A DNA stretch of 64,000 nt from Octopus sinensis (taxonomy: Eukaryota), in assembly GCF_006345805.1 (NCBI RefSeq), contig NC_043008.1:42718001-42782000 (forward strand). The letters are read 5' to 3'. Of this stretch, positions 13,021-26,279 are shown one piece after another. Positions within the stretch are counted from its first letter, which is position 1. The number at the start of each line of letters is the position of its first letter. Made by a program: the position numbers and the translations under genes. The notes below the pieces were generated by a model that was given only the letters and a program-made list of their open reading frames with translations, did no database searches and was not told the origin of the DNA.

Positions 13021-13548
13021 TGACTCTCTCTAAATATATAATGATCGATGATGCTGCACAAAACAAGTTAATTAATGACGTCATAACACAGAAATAAATG
13101 TAGGATTAATGCGTAACAGTATGGCGGTCAGAAGCAATTGGAAATATAAACATGGAACGGAAATGGATTCAAATGTGGATATACGTACATACATACATTC
13201 ATACATACATACATATATGCTTGTATGTATGCATGTATATGTACATATATATATATGTACTTATGAGTGTATACATGTGTGTATCTACAGAGACAGACAG
13301 ACAACGAGAGACAAAGAGAGACAGAGTAAGATGCATATACATACAGATAGATAAATTAATAAAAATACGTATGATGCAGGTGAGTTTACATGTCGATCAG
13401 TAGTTAATGCGAACCGGAAGTTCTCAATCTGAATGGGTATTATAATCTTTGGCGTTCAGCAGATAGTGTGAACGGGTGCATCTAAATGTCTAAGAGTCTG
13501 TAGCCTTGTGGCTTGTGTGAAGGCCAGTGTATATAAATGTATGTATAT

Positions 13549-13602
<54 letters not shown>

Positions 13603-13625
13603 ACATACATGTATATATATATATG

Positions 13626-13697
<72 letters not shown>

Positions 13698-13719
13698 AAA
13701 TACATACATATATAATATA

Positions 13720-13758
<39 letters not shown>

Positions 13759-14306
13759 ACATTTGTATCTGAGAGAATACCACCATATAATACGTGTATG
13801 TGCGGTACGTATATCCGGCAAATAGTATTGACGTAACGTGAAATACAAGTTTCTTTACTCACGACCAGCCATTCTGTCTTCACTCAATTATTACAATATT
13901 TATAGTTTAATCAGAAATGAATAAAATATTTCCGCTAAATTATGTCTCTACATACCACCGTGGACTTATTCGATTGCCATAATTTGCTCTCTCGTGTATG
14001 TTAATCTTATTACCATAGTTTCATGAGTTTACCATTTGTCAAAATGTAATTACTGCTCTATAAGAGATAACATAAAGATCAATTAAAGATAATTAGTGTA
14101 CTTGTTAAGTGTGAAAAGGATACGAGAGACATATTTCTTTAATATGATCCAAAGAACTGGATAAAATTCACTGATGCCATTATAATAATTGAAATAAAAC
14201 CTCTCGATCTAATCCAATTGAAGATAAATGTAAAATATTCGGAATGCTAAATAAAGTGATTCATGACTTTTTTGTTCATTTATGATTTCCTCGGTGGAGG
14301 TCATTG

Positions 14307-14817
14307 TACGACGGTGATTCAAAAAGTAATACCATTTTGTTTAGGACAGGTATAATTACCCACACAGGAACATGTATCATACATCAAAATGAAGCTGGTC
14401 CTCTGTGGATCACATCCCTACTTCTCAACATAGCCACCGTTTCTCTCAATAGCAATGTTCCACCTTCGAATGAGAGCATGTATCCCTGACCCGTAAACTT
14501 CTGTTGACTGTTCTTTGAGTCACTTCTTCGTTACTGTTTGAGAGGTTTTGAGAGGCAAATATTATTCCCGTAACGAGGAAATGAAAACTGTAGTGAAGAA
14601 TTGGCTCAAAGAACAGTCAGCAGAATTTTACGGGGCAGAGATACATGCTCTCATTGAAAGGTGTAACATTGCTATTTAGAGAAACGGTGACTATGTTGAG
14701 AAGTAAGGATGTGATCCACAGAGGACCAGCTTCATTTTGATGTATGATACATGTTCCTGTGTGGGTAATTATACCTGTCCTAAACAAAATGGTATTACTT
14801 TTTGACTCACCCTAGCA
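14307..14817. mobile_element. Palindromic non-autonomous mariner derivative made of two inverted 3' ends
   Basis: Arms about 14307-14539 and 14584-14817 are reverse complements. The right half encodes NEEMKTVVKNWLKEQSAEFYGAEIHALIERCNIAI*RNGDYVEK, a typical mariner transposase C-terminus. TIR-like end tacgacggtgattcaaaaagta. Confidence 0.85.
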
Positions 14818-15126
14818 TTACGTCCAAGCTGGGGTACTCTTCCGAGAGGTTTACTCTATTGTATCAACACCCGTACAATTTCTGCACTGACAATGTGATC
14901 ATGTACGATGTGGAATGCGAAGTAGTCATTGAGAGTGGGAAAACGCAGCTGGACTTACCTACCCTGGGGGATTTATTTTTACGATTCACCCACTTTGTTC
15001 ACCTAATCTAATATAGGTGTATAGACACACAAAAGGAAAAGGACTCACACACACACATATATATATATATATATACACACATACACACACACACATGATC
15101 ACATATATATATGATATATATATGTA

Positions 15127-15172
<46 letters not shown>

Positions 15173-15254
15173 TATATATATACATACATATATATACGGC
15201 CGACCACATAGTGGCTTGACCTCCAAATATGCACACACATACACACATACACAC

Positions 15255-15306
<52 letters not shown>

Positions 15307-15492
15307 AAACCAGCCGAAATTGCAAAGATAAGGTGGAACTCGATTGAGGATAGAAAACTCCGAATGATCCGTCCTTGGTTTCCTTGTATCGTCTGTCTGG
15401 ATGTTTTGCGTTCTTGTCCCATTTTTGTAAAAGTTAGCGGCGTACGTATACTTTGCTCTCTCTCTCTCTCTCACTCACTCTCCCCCTCTCCT

Positions 15493-15523
<31 letters not shown>

Positions 15524-15951
15524 GTAACCCTTGCATAAACCAACGCAGCTAGTTTCTGCAGGGACACAGGTTCGTTTCAGTCGCCCGATGTCTCCTCAGC
15601 GATATTCTGACATCAAGCCGTGGGTCCAATTATACTGCTCAGAGAGCGTTACGCAGGAAGGGATCCTGAAACCAAGTAATGACATTGATATCTACACATA
15701 TAATGACATAAAACATTTCACTGTATCTGAACAATGTAAATCAATAAATTAGATGTCACGAAGCCCGAGTGATATGACTAACTTTGAAAAGCAACCATCA
15801 TTGTCGAGAGCTAGATTCGAGTCAAACCGCATAGCTGCCAGTTTACAGTTTATTCTTCACACAGAATAAGTGTGAGTGTTGCATTTTGGAGCCTTAGTAT
15901 ATATATATATATACACCCACACACATATATATTATACATATATATATATAT

Positions 15952-15983
<32 letters not shown>

Positions 15984-15988
<5 letters not shown>

Positions 15989-16108
15989 GTCATTTGATCG
16001 TGTGCACCGTCATAGATATTTACGTATATATATGTATATATATATATATATATATACATATATATACGTAAATATCTATGACGGTGCACACGATCAAATT
16101 GACGAGAT
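15984..16108. repeat. Near-perfect 125-bp palindrome centred on (TA)n
   Basis: atctcgtcatttgatcgtgtgcaccgtcatagatatttacg is mirrored with a single 1-nt indel. Confidence 0.92.
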
Positions 16109-16578
16109 CTACATTTTTATTCAACACATAAGTATGTCAGTATTCTTGTGTTCTTCCTTGTTTGTTTGCGTACGTCTATAAGTCGATGTACATAAAACAT
16201 CAGTAGACACGTGCGCATATATTCTTTTATAAGTGTGGACGTGTTTCTATACTTGTTATGATATTTGCGAGAAAAATATGATGTATTTTCAATACATAAA
16301 AATATTTCTTATTTATTTCAGTATATGTATTCAGGAGAGTATTACATGAATGTAGATATTATTGTACTGCAGTGTACAGACTTGTATTTTATACCATGCA
16401 CAAATTCTACGCAATCTATATACATATATACACATATGTATATACGTTGTGTTTTTGTGTGTATGTGTATATATATATTTATTTATATCTATATACATGT
16501 GTGTATATATATACGTATATATATATTATATTATATATATATATATTATTATATATATATATATATAGATATATAGAG

Positions 16579-16622
<44 letters not shown>

Positions 16623-17475
16623 TATATATATATTTATACGTTTTTACGTGTATACACAAATGTGAAAAAGAAAGAATTTTATAAATTTATGGTTAACGAC
16701 GCAGTATATAATTTTTTTTTCTTTTAACACAGACGCTGAAAAGAAATTATAAATTTCATACTTGCGTGTATAACTGTGTATATCTGTGTATATCCGTGTA
16801 TAACAAAGATGTATATTTAATTTATGTATCTGTCTACACCAGACCGTATAGAATATGAGAAAAAAACACACAATTCTTTTTTTTTTAATAATTCACATTG
16901 CATTTAAAATGGCGGCATCTGATCAAAACTGTTGCCATTTATTTTGTCAGGTTTTATCAGAGATATATTCTTCTATCAGTACATCATCAAATAGATTTAC
17001 AATTCAACCGCTTCTGCTATTATTACAATTGTTGTTTAAATTATATTCATTCATTATTGTTTGTATTATTATTCTTTTAACATCCAGTTTTCGCATTATT
17101 TACCCAGCTACTCCCTATGGACCTTATCGTCAACGTAACGCAATTTCAAATATAAATTTCAATAAAAATGACTTATCTACGACATTTACCTTTATCAGAA
17201 ACTTCGTGGTAGTAGCCATTTTGAAATATTGACGGATTTTTTTAAAGATTTTTTTTTTTATTTTAAAACTTACATTTTGTATTTTTGAGTATGTTTGTGT
17301 TTATGTCCCTTTGTGTATGTATGTACATATGATTGTGTGTGTGTGTGTGTGTATAGATATACATGAATGCACATATCGTGTATGAATGTATATTTTTAAG
17401 TGTATATAATTAGGCACATATGCGCACGCACACATACGCAAGCACGCATACACACACATCAAAATATATTGAAGC

Positions 17476-17509
<34 letters not shown>

Positions 17510-17518
17510 ATATAGAAT

Positions 17519-17612
<94 letters not shown>

Positions 17613-17789
17613 TGGATATAGATATATATATATGAATTTATATATACATAGGCATATATGTATATATATACATGTACAATCACATACAACCATATATATA
17701 TATATGTGGCTGTATGTGATTGTATGTGGTTGTATGTGGCTGTATGTGATGTCAGTCGCCATGATAGATCGTTAGCCAATACACACATT

Positions 17790-17945
17790 TTCCTCTCCTT
17801 TTTTTCTCTCCTTGTTTTTTCTGTCTCCCTTTCTGTTGAAGAGCGTAGGCTCGAAACGTAAAATTCCTGAGCTTTATACTAATACATCTGTTTGTTTTGT
17901 ACACCACCTGTCTTCGTCTTTTGTTGTTTTCATAAACTCTCCCTA
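17790..17945 (+). mobile_element. Penelope-like terminal-repeat fragment with hammerhead-like motif
   Basis: ttt CTGTTGA a gagc gtag gctc GAAA cgTA aaa, then a T-rich tail running into (TA)n. The family assignment is inferred from the motif. Confidence 0.55.
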
Positions 17946-18037
17946 TATATATATGTGTGTGTGTGTGTGGTGTGTGTGTGTGTGTGTGCTGGTGTGTGTG
18001 TGTGTGTGTGTGTGTGTTTGTGTGTGTGAGTGTGTGT

Positions 18038-18078
<41 letters not shown>

Positions 18079-18269
18079 ATATATATTTATATATATATGA
18101 GTTTAAATGCAGAGTATTTTGAAATTGTATGGAGCATACCGTACTAAATTCTGGTGCCTTAACTTAAGTACCATATTCATCTGAATTTAAATTTTTGCTG
18201 AATTCATATGTATATATATATACATATATATGTACCTTTGAATAGTGGTAAAATGTATATATGTGCGTA

Positions 18270-18495
18270 GGGATTGCTGACGGATAAGTGGCTAGTTTTG
18301 CACCCACATGGTTGACTTACACCTTCGGCGAGGGTTTTTCGTTTACACATGTGTGTTTATATTCCCGTAACATAATGGTTCATTACAAAGACCGATAATA
18401 CCAGGCTTCAAAAGATATAATTACTAGGGTCGATTTATTGGACTGAAACCTCTTCCATGCGCTGCTGCAGGATTCCATCAGTCAAATTAGTGAAA
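18270..18495 (+). mobile_element. SINE family B, old and deleted
   Basis: cccgtaacataatggttc...gggtcgatttattggactgaaac resembles the family B 3' half. Confidence 0.55.
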
Positions 18496-18992
18496 CAAAT
18501 AGAAAATTAAATATGCGTGCGCATACATATTAATGCATATACATTTCTACTCTAGGCACAAGGCCCGAAATTTGGGGGCAGGTGTCCAGTCGATTAGATC
18601 AACCCCGGTATGCAACTGGTATTAGCTTCAGGAATATAAAATTAAGGAGGTGTGAAAACAAATTCAAAGGCCGACGTATATGTTCATTCAACCCATATTA
18701 ACGAAGTTCTCCATGGTATACAAAGTACGTGCATAGATGCATTCATCTATATAATATATAAAAAATTTCTAAGGATTTATAAATGCATATATATACACGA
18801 AAATTTATAAATATTTAAACATTCATACACATATAAAAATTTTACAAACGCATAAAAGTTCATGAATGTAAATATATAAAAAAAAAGTGTAAATCCATAA
18901 ATGAACTTGCGAAATCCGAATGAAAAAGATGATGAATCGGATGTAAACTGATTCTTAATGAGTTTGGAACATGTATAAAGATGATATATAAA

Positions 18993-19080
18993 GTCTTATG
19001 GCCGTTTCGAAAAGATATAAGTTGCTATGGTCGAGCTAACTCCAACCATAGCAATATTCTATATTTTTGTCATCAGCGTT
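18993..19080 (-). ncRNA. Hammerhead-ribozyme-like motif with long stem II
   Basis: Minus strand reads CTGATGA, a stem II including ttgctatggt/accatagcaa, then GAAA cggcca TA agac. Confidence 0.5.
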
Positions 19081-19153
19081 AATAGAATCACATGGTTATA
19101 ATCTGAAAAGTAATGATAGGTTAAATAATTTTAAAAATCGAATATATATATAT

Positions 19154-19285
19154 ATCTGTAATATAATGTGCGACAGTTATTCGGATGCCATAATAAAACT
19201 CCGCGTTTCAAATTTCTGCGATGACATCCGAAGCTCGGAGTTATAATATGGCAACCGAATAATTGTCACATATAATAATACAGAT
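19154..19285. repeat. Imperfect inverted repeat with 50-bp arms (42/50 matches by hand) and 32-bp spacer; MITE-like
   Basis: 19154-19203 versus the reverse complement of 19236-19285. Confidence 0.8.
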
Positions 19286-19370
19286 AATTTACATTTACAT
19301 AATATCTTTTGTTGTCATACTATTACTATTAATAAATTATATATATGTGTATATATTATATATATAATAT

Positions 19371-19466
<96 letters not shown>

Positions 19467-19528
19467 AGATATACATAACACAGTAGACAGAGAGACAGAC
19501 AGACAGACAGAGCAGCAGACAGACAGAC

Positions 19529-19564
<36 letters not shown>

Positions 19565-19640
19565 CGATAGATAGATAGATAGATATACAGACAGATAGAT
19601 AGATAGATAGACAGACAGATAGATAGATAGATAGATAGAT

Positions 19641-19693
<53 letters not shown>

Positions 19694-20379
19694 GAATACC
19701 TACATGTACCTTTAACTATTAATATGAAATATTGATTATTTTTTCTAGATGCACACTCACACACAAACACATGTAAGCAAAAGTTTGTGAGTGAACGCTT
19801 GTGTGCATGAAGGCGCGTGCGCGAATGTGTATGAGCATGAGTGTGTGTGTGTGTGTGTGTGTGTGAGTACTTACCAAAATATAGGCCAGTTTCAAGAAGA
19901 ATCCAATAACATACATTTCTACAACCATGTGTACCAAATTTCTACATTTTCAATTACCTGTATATACATATATATATATATATTCATATATATATAAATC
20001 TATCACATGTATATATGTGTACGCTGACAGAATGTTTCTTGTATACACACACATACATATACGTATGTATGTATGTATATATGTATATATCTGTATGGTT
20101 CAATAATTGTTGAGTGGCAGTCCTTATCTCTTTTATAGAAATTATGATTGACGTCAACAGAAATATTGGAATTTCGTTCGAGTTTTAGAATATCGCTAAC
20201 AATTTGTCTGCCTTCCGATAGATTTACACTCTGCCGTCGTATGAATATGTATATAAATATAAGAATACGCTCACACATGCATACACACATGCACATACAA
20301 ACAAGCTTGTATGTACTGTGTCTGTATTTATATATATAAAAGAATTGTTTGTATATTTGTATGGAGATGTATATATATA

Positions 20380-20433
<54 letters not shown>

Positions 20434-20878
20434 ATATATATAAGTGTACGTATAATTTTGTATTATTACACATGTACACACGCACGCACCCATGTATACA
20501 AACATATATAATTGTATATATGCGTGTGTGAAGTTTATGATTAACTGTGTGAATATATATATAGATATACACAGACGTAAATGATAGAAAACGGAAGACA
20601 TAATCAAAGTTTAACGACACATTTTTAGACCTGTTGTACATTTGTGGCATATATACATTATCATGCATCCAAGGTGTAAAATGCACTTCCCCAGGTGATT
20701 GTTTAAAGAAGTCTTTGCTAGAGCCTACTGTCACTTCACTCAATGTTAGAATGCAAACACCACTGTATGATGACATCAGATGTCCAATAACTGTAGAAGA
20801 GCTTTGCATAGCATTCTACAAATATTTTACTCGAATCCCATTTAACTTATATATATGCATACGGTTATGTTTGTCTGT

Positions 20879-20911
<33 letters not shown>

Positions 20912-21484
20912 TAGGTGCACGCGTGTATATGTGTGTGTGTGTGCATATGCGTTTGTTTTACTAGGTTTCATATTAAATTAATATATCTTTTTTATATTCT
21001 ATTGATATACAACTATATTTTTATCATTACTGCCTTGTGTGCTGCTAATGAACAAATTCCAGTTTGGCAAAGCTTCGCACCTGTCAGCAAATTTGTTATT
21101 TCGTGTTTAGAGATAAAACAGCAGTCCTTAGCATACGGTGTCGGTACCTGAAGAGCTATAACGACGCAGAACCGTGAGTGCTGCGCTCCAATGTCGACAT
21201 TCGCACCACAATGTTGTGTTTTTCAGATACAGATTATCTACAGGGAGAAGTTCTCTCCTCAAAAATTTCCCGCGGTGAAATTATTTCTATCTTTGGAGGT
21301 ACCAACTGAATATAATTCTGCGCAACTATATATTGGTAGTACTAATGTTGTAATTTTGCGAAGTAAGATGCTCAAGTAATATATGAGTGCATGTATACAT
21401 ATATATTTATACAAACACACACACACACATATATATGCATACATTCTGATAGAACATTTTATCAATGTTCACAGAACAGCATAA

Positions 21485-21900
21485 TGCAACAAAGGTTGAA
21501 TAAGGAGGCAATTTTCATCAATAAATATCTTCCCCAACACAACTTAATACAGAACACCACTAACCTTCAATTAACACCACTAACCCCTATACACTCCCTC
21601 CGTCATTCACATTACAATTCTATATCTAACACAACTGCACTAAATCTAGAACTACTTACCTCCCTTACAAATAACATTTTTACTCAGGAACTATTAGACC
21701 TGACACCGTTTATTAACCGGTGTTTATTCAAAGCAATGAACAGCTTATGACGAAATCATGGTATGCTTTACTTACTGACTTTTTAATCATCACATAATAA
21801 TGACTTTTATTACTACCTCAGTCCATCTAAATGTATATATCTGTCGTTACCTTTCATAAATAGCCTTTTCTTTTCTTATTTACAATGTGCATTTTCGTTG
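21485..21900 (+). mobile_element. Penelope-like element 3' fragment (GIY-YIG endonuclease end)
   Basis: QRLNKEAIFINKYLPQHN fits the R..KEA..I....P.LN terminus of GIY-YIG domains in Penelope-like elements; C-rich then T-rich tail. Confidence 0.55.
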
Positions 21901-22230
21901 ATTTTTCTTATTTTCCCCTTACATTTCCACGTGTATTTTATATTTTATATCTTCTTTTTGTAACATATTTCTACTATATATATATATATGTGCGTGTATG
22001 TGTGTGTATACATATGTATAAATATATATACATATATATACATATATATACATATATATATGTATACATATATATATATGTATAGATATATGTTCTTTTA
22101 CATATAGATATGTTCTTTTACATAGATATTTCACTTTTTACTAGTTTCAGTCATTTGACTGCGACCATGCTGAAATATATTTTTCTATATATATATAATA
22201 TATATATATATTATAATATATATATATATG

Positions 22231-22274
<44 letters not shown>

Positions 22275-24699
22275 GGTGTGTTGTGTGTGTGTGTGTGTGT
22301 GTGTGTGTTGTGTGTGTATGTTATAAATATTATATCTCTATGTTCGTATATACATATGTATGCATATATTATTTGTATATAGATATACGTATATATTTAT
22401 GTATGTACATATGTATAAAGATATACATACATATGTATATATGTACGTATGCATGTCTACTGTTTACTAAACGGTTTATGCATTCATTATCAAAGACATA
22501 CATGCCCACATCTCACATATAAACACACTTAACCATCTACAAACTAAACATATATATGAATAAACTTACATGCGTATAGGTATATACGCGTAAATACATA
22601 AGTATATATGTACAAAAATACATACACGCCTATATACATATATACTCATATATCTATGGCAATAACCATTGTATTTCCTTCTGTGTATTAATATGAATGA
22701 GGAGATTCTCCAAATGTTTAAAACATATATGGCTCGCATATTCCTCGTTGACAATTCTCTGACAAGCTTTTTAGAGATTTTTTGCCTATTCTTGAATGAT
22801 ATTGTTTATAGATATAATGTTGGTTTTGGTTTTTTAATGCATTTTGCGTATATATATATATTGTCATGTGCATATTCTGAATATTTTAAACCATTTCTGT
22901 AGAAAATGGAGTTACAATATGGAGATGGTTGTAACAACGTCAGAATTGCTACATAGAGGATCATTGATGACGGTCAAACGAAACACTTTGCGCTTGAAAC
23001 AGTGTTATCGTTTTTCAGAATATATTTGCATTTTCACTTCGTAGTCAATAGTTGAGATGAATGGTTGTCTCAAACGTCATTACGCTAGTATTGGTCAAAA
23101 AGTGTCTAAGGGGTTAATACTGACAATTAATCACAGTGTTAATAAATCAATCTGTGACACCCTTGATTTATCCATTCATCTATCCAGCCATACATACATA
23201 CATACATACATACATACATACATACATACATACATACATACATACATACATACATTAAACTATAGCTTAGATACGGGCAAAGATGATTGTGTCGCATGAA
23301 TAAAAGCATAACGCAGTTGACAGTGCACTTGGAGTTTTTATGTGTATCTTTTTGCATTATTTCATCTCATATCATGTCTTTATAATATGTTTTTAACAAG
23401 AGAATGTGATGGAACGATATTGTGCAAATCTCTGGGCCCTCACCGGTGTTTGAAAATCTAACCCGTTCCGGGTAGATATTATCGATCAACTTCTTGTATA
23501 GATTTTGATTAGTTTGACGATCGTTATACATTAGATATTTATGTACTATATTTAGAAACAATATGGAATGCTCACGATTGAAAAGTTGTTTGTCATAATT
23601 CTGCCTGATATAGAGACTAAATCTCCCTTACATCACACCTTACATCTTTAAAAGAAATTTCCATTGACTGATATGTTTTATGAAGCAATGTCTAAAGCAA
23701 CCTTTGGAACGGTTACGGCCGAAGTGTTACCCATGTTTGGCCTGCTAAAATACCACTGAACTCCGATTAAGCAAGCAACAATAATAAACCGCGAAAGTAC
23801 CGACTGAAACAGAATCCTATATCTCAGCCGCCGAAATATATTTCAGTGCGCGTTTAACATTTGACCGAAAGACTTTATAAGCCAATTGTTTGCATTATTT
23901 CGCAATGTATTTATAGTTCCACCTTTGCATAACGAAAATCAATTGATTAAATAATAACATCTATATTTACAAAAAATAAATAAATAAATAAACGTTAAAT
24001 TTGGTATCCGCGCTGATTGCAACTAATTTTCGAAATAACACGCCCGAACCAGATTTCCTATTAAATAGATTGCACAACGCTTCTTGCTTTGGACTACATT
24101 GCTTTTCATACTGAATCTCTAACTACATTTTTTCATCTCGCAACTAAACTCGATTATATTTTGTTCTTAATGCCTTCACCACCAAATATTTTTTATCTAT
24201 TTATTCTTTTTTCTACCTCTCCTATCTATCTCTCTATTATATAATTTCTCTCTGTTTCCATTTACGTTCCCAACTCACCACTTCCTGTTTCCGACCACTG
24301 ATAAATCTTTTAGCTTCCAGATCAGCTTGCGAGCACACGTATCCTTCTCCTCTCCAGCATTTCCTTAAAAACATCGTCCAACTATTCTTCATATATATCC
24401 AGTTCGATGCCGTACTTCAGACTCGATTACTTTGCGTTGTTTTGTTGTGCATTTTATTTTCCTCGTATGTTATTAATATTATATTCATAAAAGCAAAAGA
24501 CATTTATGTTTTCCAACGCTGTTTTTCTTCTGTCATCTCTCCTACTCTCTCCTCTTAATCTTCTTTGTTTCATCCGCCCCGATCGCTAAAACACAACTTG
24601 TCTTGGTTTCGATTCTCATTTCAAACATCTAAAAATAAACTCCAATAAACACAGACATGTATGCACACACACGCGCGCCTTTTTATCATTTATTTGTTG

Positions 24700-24895
24700 C
24701 AATCTTTGGATTGCAACCATGCTAGTGTGCCGCCTTGACTGGTTCGAGTCGAGCAAATCAAACACAGTACTTATTTTCTAATGCCTCATAATATCAAAGC
24801 AATCTCTTTTGGTGAACCGCTAATTTGCAGTGACGTAAACAAACCATCACAGGTTGTCAGGCAGTGGTAGGAGACAAACATAGGCGCAAACACTG
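24700..24895 (-). mobile_element. SINE family B, 3' half, degenerate
   Basis: ccatgctagtgtgccgcc...gagtcgagcaaatc...gaaccgctaa. Confidence 0.7.
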
Positions 24896-24961
24896 ACACT
24901 CATAAACGCATACACAAAATGTATATATATATATGTGATATATATATATAGATATTATATA

Positions 24962-25003
<42 letters not shown>

Positions 25004-25436
25004 ACACCTCCAATTGGATATATATATGCCGAACAGAGGAGTCACACAGGAGAGCTAGAAAGAAGGGGAGATAATAAAGTAGTGGTGATCCCAAAACGAT
25101 GGTGCGCGTGCCTGTGTATGTGAGAGCGTGTTTGTGCGTGCGGAAAGGGGCAGGTGACCTTGACGTGTGCATGTGTGCATGTGTAGGCGTGTGGATGATG
25201 GTGTAGGTGGTAAAAAGTGGTTAGTACTAGTGTGTGCGATGGTGTGAGTGCTACACACTCACATATACATCCGTTGTGTGAGAGGAAGTACGCAACAAGC
25301 TTCATAATAAATCTATTTATGAAATGTACTTTAATAAGAAGGTGTGTTTTTCATTGTTTTATTAATTGTTCCTGCAGTTCTACTTGATTTATATCCTACT
25401 CTTACGGATGTCCATTGTCTTTCCACTTTATTTAAC

Positions 25437-25495
25437 TTAGTCGACAGGAGATACGTGTTTCCCTTCGGCAGTTTCAGACGTTTGGGAATTATTTA
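25437..25495 (-). CDS. Candidate terminal coding exon portion (phase 1, xNNSQTSETAEGKHVSPVD*)
   Basis: Acceptor tctttcacaagcag, open to TAA, with AATAAA at 25427-25432 and 25358-25363 on the minus strand. No homology support. Confidence 0.15.
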
Positions 25496-26279
25496 CTGCT
25501 TGTGAAAGACTGTGATTGTTTAAATTTAGTCATAACTCAAAGAAAAGGAAATTCTCTTTTATATAATTTTGTTGGTTTATTTTCTTTTCATACTTCTGTA
25601 TATTTTGGAAATTAATCATGCGAAAAAAAAATTTAAGAATTTTAAATGATATTTTCGGGTAAAACTTGTCTTGAAATGAATCATTATAAAACAGTTCAAT
25701 GAAAAATAATTATTAAAAGCGAAATAATTATCAAAATTCTTCAAAATGCCTCTTTCTTCCAGCTCTTGTTGTACAAAGGTAAAATTTATGATGAATTCGA
25801 AACTTCATGTTTGAGTGCGTGTGTGTGTATGCATGTGTGCATGAGTTTGTGTGTATACAGATATGACGTTTTGAATACGTTGGACCTTTTAATATGTGTG
25901 TGTGTGTGTATGCCTGGAATTCATCTATTTAATAAATTGACATAAATGCTTTCTCCTCGACTTCACCAAAATCTTAACGCCTGACCCTCATCTCCATCCC
26001 GAACCGACCCTCACGAAAAATAATACAGGCATCTTATCTTTGTCTTTATTTTTGTTTATTATTCGATTTTCTTTCACTTTCTCCCTCATTCGTTCTTTCC
26101 CGCACCTATCCCATTCCTTTCTTTCCTTTCTCTTATCTCTTTCTCCTCTCTCTCGTCTATTCACTCACTCACACCCTATATCTATCTATCATGATGTCTG
26201 TCTTTCTCTCTATATATATAACCACGTAAACCATTTTCATACTAGCTAACCACTTAATTCTATTCCTTCAGCAAAAAAC

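Noticed and set aside
14957-15010. Strong minus-strand donor TAG|gtaagt
   Set aside because: All upstream frames are closed and there is no good acceptor.
15340-15378. ttgagga..ccgaatgatccgtc, a possible hammerhead relic
   Set aside because: Too many core substitutions to support.
15560-15600. CTGAGGA..GAAA on the minus strand
   Set aside because: No valid stem II, stem III or stem I pairing.
20003-20809. 268-aa minus-strand ORF, the longest in the track
   Set aside because: Mostly microsatellite. The unique ~80 aa match no family I recognise and lack convincing splice sites.
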